From positions 14,942,001 through 15,006,000 of the forward strand of contig NC_047068.1 in NCBI RefSeq assembly GCF_902459465.1: a stretch of DNA of 64,000 nt, written 5' to 3'. The stretch comes from Asterias rubens (taxonomy: Eukaryota). The notes under the pieces were generated by a model. The model had not been told where the DNA came from, did no database searches, and saw only the letters and a program-made list of their open reading frames with translations. How positions within the stretch are numbered: position 1 is the stretch's first letter; each line of letters begins with the position of its first letter. Shown here in pieces: positions 22,542 through 34,427 of the stretch. The translations under genes were made by a program, and so were the position numbers.

Positions 22542-22918
22542 TTAAAGGCACTGTACACGTTTTGTAATTGTCAAAGACCAGTGTTCTCACTTGGTGTATC
22601 CCATCATTAGCATAAAATAACAAGCCTGTGAAGATTTGGGCTCAATCGGTCATCGAAGTTGCGAGAAAATAATGAAAGAAAAAACACCCTTGTTTGATGA
22701 ATTTGTGTGCTTTCAGATAGGAATAAAAGACTTCTAGCTAGAAGTCTTTTATTATTTAAGTGAGAAATTACCTCTTTCTCAAAAACTATGTTACTTCAGA
22801 AGGGAGTCGTTTCCCACAATGTTTCATACTATCAACAGCTCTCCATTGCTTGTTACCAAGTCAGTTTTTAAAATAATATTTGTTTTGAGTAATTACCAAA
22901 CATGTACCTTCCCTTTAA
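22542..22918 (-). mobile_element. TTAA MITE family A, inverted
   Basis: TTAAAGGCACTGTACACG ... CATGTACCTTCCCTTTAA; reverse complement of the 7831 copy. Confidence 0.88.
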
Positions 22919-23720
22919 GAGCAGGCATCTCTCTGAGAAATCTAATAATGCAATCAAGGACATAAAAACCCAATCTAGCATTCTGTTGATCTGCTAGAAA
23001 GTCAGGATTGTTTTCCTATCTATTTAATAATCCTGGCTTCTCATATAGCACTCAGGTTCGTCACTCAGTGACGCTCATGAAGCTAGTTGAAACATTGAGT
23101 CAAATTAAGAAATCGTTCCGCGGTAGTGAAGTTTATAACAAGAAGTCCCCTAGATCCGCTAAAGTAGTAGTCCCAGCCATATTTCTACCTTGCAATAGTT
23201 GCAGGACAGTTCTTTTCAGAGCTGAGAAAATCTACTCCAGATCAGTGGAATATAAGTTCTCAAAAGAACTTAATTTACCAGGCAAGAAAATACACACATG
23301 ATGTAAAACCCTAAACCAAATATATATTATATATACCATAAAATGCTTCATATCCCATAAAATAAATTTAGGTCTTGAAACTGAAACTGCTCTGAACTGA
23401 AGAGTTTGTCAAAATTTGTACATCTGTGACGACAATGGTGGTGTTTCATGGTGGTACAAACTTGAGCACTATCTTAGCACAGATATCTAAAAACTATTTA
23501 TACAACTATTTATTTTAAATGTTATTATTTTATGTGTATAATTAAAACAGATCCAGCAGCTCAATCTGTGTATATTGGTTGCTATGGGTATAGTATCTAA
23601 ACTGTTCAGTTGGTCCGACTTTCAGAAGTTATTCAAACACAGTGGTCAAGTTTCTAGCAGATGTTCTTTGAGTAGTTACTGTCATGAAAAGACCCCATTC
23701 ACAGTTTAAAAAATACTTTC

Positions 23721-24100
23721 TTATATATAGCGCTTTATCACACCCCTAGGGGCATATCAAAGCACTCAGTGCTTTTTCCTACATGGATTTTGGGCTTCGT
23801 TTTGTAGTATGAGACCTATTCCATTTATAGCACCATGTAATAGTTTACAAGGTGCGGTGGCGCAATATCCTGCCGATCAAATCTAGAACACTGGGGAGAG
23901 TCCCTTATCTTTATGATGGGTGCACTGGGTTCTTTTACGCACAATACATAACACACGGTACCTACGGCTTTACACCCCATCCAAAGGATGCAGCAACAAC
24001 GGACACAAGAAAGCAAGTGTCAAGGACACATGTGTCATGACTGGGACTCGAACCCACACTCTGCTGACCAGAAACACCAGAGCTTGAGTCACGACATGCC
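23721..24100 (-). mobile_element. tRNA-derived SINE
   Basis: Pol III B box GTTCGAGTCC on the minus strand at 24044-24053; body shared with 12699 and 54661 copies. Confidence 0.75.
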
Positions 24101-24294
24101 ACGATAAATGAAATAAAAAACATACACAAATGCATCTTTTCCATTCTATTTGTAAATTACAATCGGCCTTCAGCGGTAAACCAAAACTACCTCAATTTTC
24201 ATTGCTCAAACATAATTTGCTGGAAACCTAAACCAGACTCTCGATCAGCCAAGTCAAAAGAAAAATAGCATGGGACAGAAGGATGTACTCACTA

Positions 24295-26454
24295 TTAAGG
24301 TTTACGTAGTTTCATACAGCATACTTTGATGGGTTGATTCCATTTGTACCATACAATGCCTCGTCTGCCAACAGGGTTTTGCTCATATTCACCATTTAGG
24401 TGAGACTTGACTGTGCAGTCTTTGAACCACCAGGCTCCATGAGTTTGTTCTGCACAATTCTCGCCATTATCGTTGTCGTCCTTTGTTTGAAATGGATTAT
24501 TCTTGTTGTCATTTAGAGAGTCATCTGCATTGCCACCTATGAAATTGTCATAACTGAATATATATTCAATACCAGTAATGCGAACTCCACTATACTCTGC
24601 ATGTCCTTCTTCACCTGTCCATGTTGTAAGATCTACTCGTAGATTGGTATAACCTGCTGAGGTAAGTTCCACTAAGTTATCATTGCCAAGCCAGAATTCT
24701 CCTGATAGGTCACCGAAGCCAGTCTGGTATTCTGTCCAGTTGCGATAAAAGTCTACACTGCCATCAATTCGCCTCTGAAATACAATCAATCCCCTACCAT
24801 CAGTCTCCATGTCACAGTACACCTTCATACCACTGGGTCCACTTGGGTAGATTGTGTATACATTACTCTTGCTATAACCAGCATCTCGAAACTCCTGACA
24901 GCTGCTGAATTTAGGCAGGGGGCTCTGAGTTGAAAAGAAGTGAGTTGTTGGATCACTGGTCAATTGATGAGTTGTTGGCTCAGTGGATGAGGGTTGAGTT
25001 GTTGGCTCAGTGGATGAGGGTTGAGTTGTTGGCTCAGTGGATGAGGGTTGAGTTGTTGGCTCAGTGGATGAGGGTTGAGTTGTTGGCTCAGTGGATGAGG
25101 GTCGAGTTGTTGGCTCAGTGGATGAGGGTCGAGTTGTTGGCTCAGTGGATGAGGGTTGAGTTGTTGGCTCAGTGGATGAGGGTTGAGTTGTTGGCTCAGT
25201 GGATGTGGGTTGAATTGTTGGCTCAGTGGATGAGGGTTGAGTTATTGGCTCAGTGGATGAGGGTTGAGTTGTTGGCTCAGTGGTTGAGGGTTGAGTTGTT
25301 GGCTCAGTGGATGAGGGTTGAGTTGTTGGCTCACTGGATGTGGGTTGAGTTGTTGGCTCAGTGGATGTGGGTTGAGTTGTTGGCTCAGTGGATGAGGGTT
25401 GAGTTGTTGGCTCAGTGGATGAGGGTTGAGTTGTTGGCTCACTGGATGTGGGTTGAGTTGTTGGCTCAGTGGATGAGGGTTGAGTTGTTGGCTCAGTGGA
25501 TGAGGGTTGAGTTGTTGGCTCAGGGGTTGAGGGTTGAGTTGTTGGCTCAGTGGATGAGGGTTGAGTTGTTGGCTCAGTGGATGAGGGTTGAGTTGTTGGC
25601 TTAGTGGATGAGGGTTGAGTTGTTGGCTCAGTGGATGAGGGTTGAGTTGTTGGCTCACTGGATGAGGGTTGAGTTGTTGGCTCACTGGATGAGGGGTGAA
25701 TTGTTGGTTCAGTGGATAAGGGTTGAGTTGTTGGTTCAGTGGATGAGGGGTTAGTTGTTGGCTCAGTGGATGAGGGTTGAGTTGTTGGCTCAGTGGATGA
25801 GGGTTGAGTTGTTGGCTCAGTGGTTGAGGGTTGAGTTGTTGGCTCAGTGGATGAGGGTAGAGTTTTTGGCTCAGTTGATGAGGGTTGAGTTGTTTGCACA
25901 TTGGATGAGGGGTGAGTTGTTGGTTCAGTGGATAAGGGTTGAGTTGTTGGTTCAGTGGATAAGGGTCGAGTTGTTGGCTCAGTGGATGAGGGTTGAGTTG
26001 TTGGCTCAGTAGATAATGGTCGGGTGCTTGGCTGAACCAAAAGTTCTTTACAACTTTTGAAGAGAGTGAGAGAGTTTTTAGCCACTGAGAAGATGGGTGT
26101 GTCCTCATCTGCATCAAAGTGTACACTCCCTTGATCTTCAAGAAAGTCTCGAGGATGCTCAGCTCTTGATGCATTATTCAGCTCACAGAGTTTCTTACAT
26201 TCATAGAAGTTGAAAGACTTACAGTCCTCATCCATGCTGCAATCTCGTCCACAGATGACATAATTAAGTGTGGTTTTAGTCTTGTACTCAGAATTCTTAA
26301 GAACTCTGTTTTCTGCACCAATCAATTGTTTTTTCAGTGAACCACATTTCCCTCTGTCAATTCCAAAGCTCTTCACCGATAATGAGTTGATCAATGCCAG
26401 TATAAAAATAACATTCAACTGTAAAACACAGATCATCAACACCCGTTGAATCAT
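24295..26454 (-). CDS. PAN + long mucin stalk + FReD protein, copy 4 (719 aa)
   Basis: First ATG 26454 (26478 is GTG); hydrophobic leader; PAN motif; ~40 9-aa repeats; complete FReD ending KLRKP. Confidence 0.92.
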   Translation of the reverse strand: MIQRVLMICVLQLNVIFILALINSLSVKSFGIDRGKCGSLKKQLIGAENRVLKNSEYKTKTTLNYVICGRDCSMDEDCKSFNFYECKKLCELNNASRAEHPRDFLEDQGSVHFDADEDTPIFSVAKNSLTLFKSCKELLVQPSTRPLSTEPTTQPSSTEPTTRPLSTEPTTQPLSTEPTTHPSSNVQTTQPSSTEPKTLPSSTEPTTQPSTTEPTTQPSSTEPTTQPSSTEPTTNPSSTEPTTQPLSTEPTIHPSSSEPTTQPSSSEPTTQPSSTEPTTQPSSTKPTTQPSSTEPTTQPSSTEPTTQPSTPEPTTQPSSTEPTTQPSSTEPTTQPTSSEPTTQPSSTEPTTQPSSTEPTTQPTSTEPTTQPTSSEPTTQPSSTEPTTQPSTTEPTTQPSSTEPITQPSSTEPTIQPTSTEPTTQPSSTEPTTQPSSTEPTTRPSSTEPTTRPSSTEPTTQPSSTEPTTQPSSTEPTTQPSSTEPTTQPSSTEPTTHQLTSDPTTHFFSTQSPLPKFSSCQEFRDAGYSKSNVYTIYPSGPSGMKVYCDMETDGRGLIVFQRRIDGSVDFYRNWTEYQTGFGDLSGEFWLGNDNLVELTSAGYTNLRVDLTTWTGEEGHAEYSGVRITGIEYIFSYDNFIGGNADDSLNDNKNNPFQTKDDNDNGENCAEQTHGAWWFKDCTVKSHLNGEYEQNPVGRRGIVWYKWNQPIKVCCMKLRKP
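24943..26030 (-). repeat. Coding 27-bp minisatellite (~40 units) in copy 4
   Basis: Same 27-bp unit as copies 3 and 6; ~1090 bp with no frameshift. Confidence 0.95.
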
Positions 26455-28189
26455 CTTAAAGTGTGAATTTGTCTTCACAAACTGTCGTCCAAATGAAACG
26501 TCAGCTTGATGCTAAGTTACAAGGAGACACGATATTCCAGAATTGACGCTATGTGTGAATATGCCCACTAGAGAATCAGCGGAAAGCTTTGCCTACAACA
26601 AGCTTGCTCTGTTTTCACTTATCTTCACCTCTGATGGCTGACAACAATGCCTGGAACTCGTGATTGGCTCATTCAGAAGACGCAGCGTAAGAAGAAATTA
26701 ATTTGGGCAGGAAATGAAGACTCATCTGTAACCTTGCATAAAAGCTGTCGTATGCAAAACAATAGGACAGGTAGAAAACAAAATTGGTTTGTACAATAGG
26801 ACAGGTAGAAAAGAAAATTGGTTTGCATTGGCAGGCATGATTTTCTCCCTACTTAAGTCTAATTTCTGATTTGCTTGCTCTCGTAAAAGTCAGAAATACT
26901 TTTATTGAATAGCTTTAAATGTCTTTTAAAGCTTTTACCTTGTGTACATTTGGGTCAGCCCTTGTAGTCAATAAAATATTCCTACCCCCCCCCCTCCCAA
27001 ATATCACTCCTGTATTTAGCCCTCTTGTGAAATAAGCTTTAAATTGTCTGTTTATTGTTGGTAATGATTCTGAATGCCAATGGCAATAACAAACGTTCTT
27101 GGTGAGAAGCACAGCAGTTTTGGATATCATAACACATTTTGAGAAAACTTTTCTTTGAAGTCCAGTACGTGCAGTTATGGAGAATGATATCTTAATTTTC
27201 TCTTAACAAAACTAAATCTGAGAAGAGTTACTGACTGTAACAATTCTCCGATTTTGTATTCCAATTGCAGATTCTTTGTCCTGCATGGTTGTAACTGCTT
27301 TAGATATTTAGCAATCTTTTAAACTGAAATTTTCACAGGTTAGGGTCCTTTCTCTATGGTTTTAAAAAGGATTAAAAAAAAACAGTGGTATCCAATAACA
27401 AAGTGTATACAATCCCTTTAGCACTGTAGTTGCAAATTAGTGCACTTACTTATGGTAAAAAAATTATATTAAAGAAATGTACTTATTAAGAACTGGTTCC
27501 TACAACATGTACAGAAACTAAACGGTTGTTGGTCTTTCAATTCGTGAAAACAAAATGTTTGACTGGCTTATTTTTCAATAGGAAAAGGGCCACAGATAAA
27601 AGATAAGATCAAATTTAACCACTGGCTATTAACAGACCTCTTGTCAATCATGACATAGTAGGGTTTTTTTTTTGGGGGGGGGGGGGGAATTGGAACCTTG
27701 TCGATGCCAGATAAATGTTTTGAATACAGGTTCAGTACCGAAGGGTAATCCATTTCCTGGCAAAATAACACTGTAATATCACACCTCTACGATTGTCGAC
27801 TCTGAACTATCTCTTGTTAGAGATGTTTAGTTGTACCTTGTGTTTGTGTGCCTGTTTTGTTTTGGGTTGGGATGGGGGGGGGGGGTCTGGGATTAGGTTA
27901 CCATAACATTTTGAAAGATAGCTAAACACATGTTGCTACATTTGATGTAGTTTCAGAGTAACTAATTCAAATTTTGTATACAAAACATCATTTTAATTTA
28001 TGTTAAATTTGCATCGGGGATAATCTTATTTTAATGGGGTGTCTATTGTTGAAAAATTTAATCATGTATTTGTTGGTGCATGGATTTTGTTTGCTCTGTT
28101 ACAGGGATGTACATTGTTGCTGCTTGCTTGGCATAATTCATACTGGTAAAGGGTCAGGAATCTTTTTTTTTTTTCTCTCTGTACATGTT

Positions 28190-30240
28190 CCATGTGGCCT
28201 TGATTTTACAGATAACATGATACAGTTCTTAAATAAAACTCTGATCATGCTACAAAGGAATGCTGCTTCAAATATATTAAATGAAAGTATTCAGAGCCTT
28301 TACTGCATTGGTCACTATTGTTCACGTATTGTCATGTTACAAGTTTTGAGTCGGCTTTGTTCAAAGGTATTCCACCAAATACCGTTGTAAGGAAGTGTTT
28401 TAACTGGAACATATTGGCCATTGAAGTTTGACTTCAAGCAGGCATTATACCACCAGGGTCCCTTGTGAGTTATTGCACAGTTACCATTTATTTTTTCATC
28501 ATGATCTCTATCATTTGTAGTAAAGGGATACACTTTATTATGGGTGTTTCCTGCGTTCAAGAGCTGCTTACAAGTTCCAAGTTTAGGCATTGGGATCTTC
28601 GTTGATGAGTAGTGAGTTATAGACTCAGTTGATGAAGGGTGAGATGTAGACTCAGTTGATGAGTAGTGAGTTGTGGGCTCAGTCAATGAGGGGTGAGTTG
28701 CAAGCTCATTCAATTAGGTGGGAGTTGTGAGCAAAGATGCCAAGAAGTCAGCTGTGTCCTCATCTGCATCAAAGTATACACTCCCTTGATCTTCATTGTA
28801 GTTGAAAGACTTACAATCGTCATCCATGCTGCTATCTCGTCAACAAATGACATAATTGGCAACAGTTTTCTGTTTGTGTGCATGGTTTTGAATAACTCTG
28901 TTTTTTTTGCACTGTGCAGTAGGTGTTCAGTTTCACCACACTGAAATCCTACAACATTGGTTATCAGCATAGAAAACACACACAAATTTGCTGAGCTTAA
29001 AAAGACTGCCCATCCTTTTGGAGCCATCTTTTCTTAATATTTATCCAACGAATCAATTTGATGCTACTTGTTATAACAACGCAAGTTCAACCACTCCAAG
29101 ACCAACAACTCTTTTCTGGAGGCCTTAGACATTCAATTTAGCTATAAGTATCAATTTGTGCAGGCACTTCACAAATCGTTATTAGTCACTGATTGTCTAT
29201 TCTCGCTGGATGACCATTCAGCTGTTTTCTCTTCCCACTTTTTTCTATGTCTCTAAAGCTGTACTTAACTTCAAGCGAGCTGTGCCGGCCTACTTTTCCC
29301 AAGAGCCTTAATTTTTCGACCTGAAACGGCCTTCCTTTTTTTCAACGATTCAGTTAATAGAAACCTCTTTTAAGTGCCCTTTTTCTTTTCTTTTTCTATT
29401 TAGATTTTTTTTAAGCAATCGCAATTGATCCAATCATGTATGAATTCAAAGTAAGCCCAGTTTCCTGGATTGAAGTTGAGCCTAGACAAAGCCCTCTGTA
29501 AGACTTAGAAATTTGAACAAAAGGAGAGTTAAATTTACAGGCACTATCAGATAATTTTCTGGCTGACTCTTAATCTTCTTAAGGTATTACAGCGTTATAT
29601 CTTTTACTTTTTAGTGTTTTAAGGTTCACAGTTGGAAAACAAGTACAAAACCAATGAGAACTGTTGCAAAAAAGTATAACTAAAGAGGGACAATATGAGG
29701 TCCATGGTTGCAGGTATCTACACACTTGTGTGCTCAGGTAGGTATCCCATGGTCCTATAACAAAAGGGACAATAAATACAAACCAGATCCCTAAGGTTGC
29801 GTGTGTCACACATTTAAGCATTTCTCATTTACTATGTTCCTTTGTGCATCCGGCCTCCACCCCCACCCCACAGTCAAAGCCATCTCAATTAAATACGGAT
29901 TTATTCATTGCATTGTTAATTCAGTTGTATATTATCTGCTATAGCCAACTGAAGGTCATACATTTAAGCCTCTTCAAGTTATTTTTAGTCACCAACCTTA
30001 GCTTTAAAATGTGCCACACAAGCATCTAATGTGACTCACTGTCCAATAAAATAAGTAAACAACATGACAACAACTTTTTTTTTTTTAATAGAAACTAATA
30101 TCAATTGCAGATTAACAAAACTACATGTTTTTGATTTTCCTGACTCAATTAATTTTTTCTTTTTCTTTTGTAAGCAATTCCACCAATTCCTTTTTAAAAT
30201 TTAATTATCAAACCTTTCTTAAACAGATTTTAATTTAAGA
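28190..30240. repeat. Segmental duplicate of 32920-35700 (gene 6 plus flanks)
   Basis: Flanks align by eye: AAAACTCTGATCATGCTACAAAG, TCTGGAGGCCTTAGACATTCAATT, AAAAGGAGAGTTAAATTTACAG, TCTCAATTAAATACGGATTTATTCAT in both. Confidence 0.85.
28315..29027 (-). pseudogene. PAN-FReD pseudogene, copy 5 (paralogue of copy 6)
   Basis: Starts MAPKGWAV like copy 6; +2 frameshift in an A run (28891-28898); in-frame TGA at 28840-28842 replacing the Gly of CGRDC; TAA near 28714; 63-bp PAN deletion and 363-bp FReD deletion. Confidence 0.9.
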
Positions 30241-31049
30241 CGTATCGCCAGATTTTGTTACAAATTTTGTAACATAGTTGACTAGACGTGGACATAGGTA
30301 CTCTAAAAGTCAGTTGAACACTTGACTAGCTAGGCCAACTGGACTATGCTAGCCCCCGTTTCTTTGGTAAACTTGTGATGTTCCATCACCATTTCAAAAT
30401 GGTGGTTAGGTTAGGTAATGTAATGGGAAAACGTTTTTGTAAACTTTTGCACTCACACAAAAAGTAAATTTTAACAAATCTCTCAGAGTAGTGGTTCAAC
30501 AGTTAATGTTTTTGTGCCAACAAAATGTGCCAGATAACAATTATTATTTCACTATCATGCAAGGTTTCTTTACAAGGACAATGCATTTTTCTGTACACTA
30601 CATCATCGCCTTGTTGCCTTTATTAACAAATTAATCAACTAGAGGTGTTCGAGTGAAACACAGACCACGCATGCATGATCTAAATGTCATATTTACAAAA
30701 GTTTAGCACCCAACCTTGATCAGGGTTTGAAGATCTGTTTTTATCTCAAGTATATTTCAAGTATAAAGCGAGGCTAGTGGTTTTATTCTTTGATGTCAAA
30801 ACCAATCAATGCTTCGACTCTGTTCAATTCAATACTTTATTTCTACTCAATCAATCAATATACAATTACTTCACCAATTGTGCACTAACAATCAACCAAA
30901 TCCGCACAGGATATTTCTGTGATTAACCATTAAGGACAACAATTAAGCCATCCAAAGGTTTTACAAAAGGCTAACAATAACGCCAGTTATCCAAATGCGT
31001 TAGAGATTTGTAGTGGTTTAATCAAATCCCACACAGGGTTGTTTTTTAT

Positions 31050-31429
31050 TTAAAGGAACAATACAGAATTGGTTTTGCTAGCAAAAAAGTTGCTGGCAGT
31101 GTAAGCACTTTATGTAACCCACCATATACATAAACTGACAAACCTGCAGAAGTTTGAGATCGATCGGCCATCTGGGTCACGAGAGAATAGTGAAAAACCG
31201 ATCGCAAATTTTGCATTGCATCGATGCCAAAACAAAAATGAATAAAACGCTCACTGAGCGATACACTCCAAACGAGAAACTAGATTACTTATTTCTCATC
31301 AAATATGACATTTCAGACGGAAATATTTCAAGGGATGTTACCTACTATCATCATCATCAGACCAAGTTTTATGTAAATCTGTGATCTTCACGATTTGTGT
31401 TTCTTACCACTTCTGTAACGTTCCTTTAA
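31050..31429 (+). mobile_element. TTAA MITE family C
   Basis: TTAAAGGAACAATACAGAATTGG ... CCACTTCTGTAACGTTCCTTTAA. Confidence 0.75.
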
Positions 31430-32999
31430 GTAATCTGCAGAGACAGCTTCTCTTCTAATATCTGATTTGTTGTGCATTGAGTTTTTTCATCCATCTTGGA
31501 TTTACAGTTTTATTTTTTGCGCAGATTTCTTAAGATTGACAAACTTTGTATAAAGACAAAGTATACAGAATAGCACCCTGCATTAATGTTAAAAATAGAA
31601 GCTCAATTTGGTTGTCACCCCTGTATTGAGTTTCACTGACATACTTGCATGTGCATCTCCAAGCCATTGTCAGTGTTTTAAACTGTTATTGTACCATACT
31701 ACAACGGTATATCGCATCGATGTGGTGATGTTATAAGTGGTGGAAAGATTGTATGACACCCAGGTGTTTTGAGCAAGTGACATCATTAGTGCAGAGCGCT
31801 ATTGATAGATGTAGAAACAAAAATCGATCAGTGTTAATTTCAAATGTCAGTCGTTATTAAGGTCATGCCTGAATTTTGTCTGAAATACTGTCCCAAGTTT
31901 AGGAAACTTGCTGCTGAAAATCCCTACATGTTACATACTTTGATTTCTGCAACTGAAATAAGCCCATAAGCGGAGTATGCATGACAATACATAAACTGTT
32001 TAATATATTTTATACAATGTGACCATTAAATTAGATAAAAATTCACATCTTGTTACTATGTGAATTTGTTAAAAATTAGGCGATAGGAAATAATCAGGCC
32101 AAAAAATTACTTTTCCCTTTAAATGTTGTGAATGGTCAAATGTTTACAGATTTTCAAATACTTTATAAAAAAATTGTTTCACACACGTAAGTAGACATCA
32201 ACTAACCCACCCCATCTCAATTCCCAAACATGAATAAATATTTGTTTACATAATAATATTAAAAACAAAGATTTACAATAACAATCCATTTGTGATGTAA
32301 TATTATCCCCAAATCTTCCTTTCTTGTGTTATTAACCAGCATGCAATTTCTCATCCCATTTCAGCTGGTTTCCTCGTTTTGTCTTTTTCTTTTTTGTGCC
32401 CAGTAAAACCCCCAAAGCCCAAACCACTTTTCAAAGTGTTGTGTACAAAAGACACTTCCTCAACAGAGTTTCATGTTTATAGTTCAGTTTAAAAGAAGAA
32501 ATCAAATGACCCCCATCTTACCACTCCCTTGCTACCATGGTGGGCTCAACATTTTGAAATCCACTATGGCCATTGATCCATTCAAACTTCAGAACATACA
32601 CAAAATTTGAATACTTAAACAGGCACCCCCTAATTTTTAACCCTTAGAATTCAACAAAATGTGATTAAATAGCCTGAAATGTGTATCCTAACATATGCAT
32701 AAAATAACAAGTCTTTGAAATTTTTTACTCGATTCGTCAATAAAGTTGCAAGAGAACACTTAAAGAAAATTTATTGCACAAATTTGAATTCATGGCACAG
32801 CTACAGCTAATGCGTGATTCTCACATAGCAACAGCCGCAGCCATAATCATGTGCATACTGCTTTAATTTAATGTGACACATAATATCAGCCATTTTTTCA
32901 ATGGGCAGAGAGTAGTATGGCATTGAGTTTACAGATCACATGATATCGTTTTTATATAAAACTCTGATCATGCTACAAAGAAATGCTGGTTCATGAATA

Positions 33000-34379
33000 T
33001 TAGATGAAAGTATTCAGAGCTTTTACTTCATCGGTAATTGTTTTTTCACGTATTTTCATGTTACATGTTTTGAGACGGGCTTTTACAAAGGTATCCCACC
33101 AAATACCCTGGTAAAGCATTATGCTTGCTGGAAAATATTTGCCATTTAAGTTTGACCTCATGCAGGAATTATACCACCAGGGTCCCTTGAAAGTTATTGC
33201 ACAGTTACCATTTTGTCTTTCATCATGATCTCTATCATTTGTAGTAAAGGGTTGCCCATTGTGAATGTCAAGAGAGTCCCCAGCAGTACCTGTGTATTCA
33301 CCCACTGTAAGTTTGTAATTCTCACCAGTAATCGTAAATGATTGGTACTTTGCATAAGCTGTTTGACCGTCCCATACCTCAAGATCAATTCTGAGGTCCC
33401 ATGACCCATTAGAGGTCAGGCCCACTAAGATATCATTGCCAAGCCAGTACTCACCAGATGGATCACCAAAGCCAGACTTGTACTCAGCCCAGTTGCGGTC
33501 AAAGTCTACACTGCCATCCAGTCGCCTCTGAAATACAGTCCATCCCCCACCATCAGTCTCCATGTCACAGTATACTTGCAGAGCCTGAGTAGCGCTGCCA
33601 CCTGGGTAGATGGGATACACTTTACTTTGGGTGTTTCCTGCGTTGAAGAGCTGCTTACAAGTTCCAGGTTTAGGCATTGGGATCTTGCTTGATGAGGGTT
33701 GAGCTGTTGGCTCAGTTGATATGGGTTGAGTTGTTGGCTCAGTGGTTGAGGGTTGAGTTGTTGGCTCAGTGGTTGAGGGTGGAGTTGTTGGCTCAGTGGA
33801 TGAGGGTTGAGTTGTTGGCTCAGTAGATGAGGGTTGAGTTGTTGGCTCAGTGGATGAGGGTTGAGTTGTTGGCTCAGTGGATGAGGGTTGAGTTGTTGGC
33901 TCAGTGGATGAGGGTTGAGTTATTGGCTCAGTGGATGATGGTTGAGTTGTTGGCTCAGTGGATGAGGGTTGAGTTGTTGGCTGATCCAAAAGTTCTTTAC
34001 AACTTTTGAAGAGAGTGAAAGAGTTATCAGCCACTGAGTAGATGGGAGTGTCCCTATCTGCATCAAAGTATACACTCCCTTGATCTTCAAGAAAATCTTG
34101 AGGATGCTCAGCTCTTGTTGCATTATTCAGCTCACAGAGTTTGTTACATTCTTTGAAGTTGAAAGACTTACAGTCCTCATCCATGCTGCAATCTCGTCCA
34201 CAGATGACATAATTGGCAACAGTTTTCTGTTTGTGTGCTAGGTTTTGAAGAACTCTGTTTTCTGCACTGTGTAGGTGTTCAGTTTCACCACACTGAAACT
34301 CTATAGCATTGGTTATCAGCATAGAAAACACACAAAAACATGCTGAGTATAAAATGACTGCCCATCCTTTTGGGGCCAT
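33000..34379 (-). CDS. PAN + mucin stalk + FReD protein, copy 6 (459 aa)
   Basis: ATG 34379, signal peptide, PAN motif, ~11 repeats, complete FReD (GPWWYNSCMRSNLNG). Confidence 0.93.
   Translation of the reverse strand: MAPKGWAVILYSACFCVFSMLITNAIEFQCGETEHLHSAENRVLQNLAHKQKTVANYVICGRDCSMDEDCKSFNFKECNKLCELNNATRAEHPQDFLEDQGSVYFDADRDTPIYSVADNSFTLFKSCKELLDQPTTQPSSTEPTTQPSSTEPITQPSSTEPTTQPSSTEPTTQPSSTEPTTQPSSTEPTTQPSSTEPTTPPSTTEPTTQPSTTEPTTQPISTEPTAQPSSSKIPMPKPGTCKQLFNAGNTQSKVYPIYPGGSATQALQVYCDMETDGGGWTVFQRRLDGSVDFDRNWAEYKSGFGDPSGEYWLGNDILVGLTSNGSWDLRIDLEVWDGQTAYAKYQSFTITGENYKLTVGEYTGTAGDSLDIHNGQPFTTNDRDHDERQNGNCAITFKGPWWYNSCMRSNLNGKYFPASIMLYQGIWWDTFVKARLKTCNMKIREKTITDEVKALNTFI
33688..33982 (-). 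repeat. Coding 27-bp minisatellite (~11 units) in copy 6
   Basis: Same unit as copies 3 and 4. Confidence 0.95.
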
Positions 34380-34420
34380 CTTTTCTTAATGTTTATCCAA
34401 CGAAACAATCGGCTGCTACT

Positions 34421-34427
34421 ATTTATA
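34421..34427 (-). promoter_or_regulatory. Candidate TATA box of FReD copy 6
   Basis: TATAAAT on the minus strand ~42 bp upstream of the ATG; motif match only. Confidence 0.3.

Noticed and set aside
20000-23400. Short ORFs such as 23008-23301 and others of 60-120 aa scattered through intergenic DNA
   Set aside because: No recognisable motifs or splice support; many lie in MITEs or start at non-ATG codons
24930-26174. Long ORFs (MRVELLAQW)n and (LSQQLNPHP)n, also at 18262, 25755, 33827 and 33920
   Set aside because: Alternative frames of the 27-bp coding minisatellite, whose unit has no stop in those frames; no independent gene signals
27660-27890. Poly-G/poly-T runs (also 1697, 44838, 52266)
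   Set aside because: Simple homopolymers common in this genome; no further structure
32899-32912. CAATGGGCAGAG (QWAE) as the missing upstream TSC2 exon end
   Set aside because: No Gly before Trp, no GT directly after Glu, no tuberin-like upstream residues; lies in the 3' flank of copy 6
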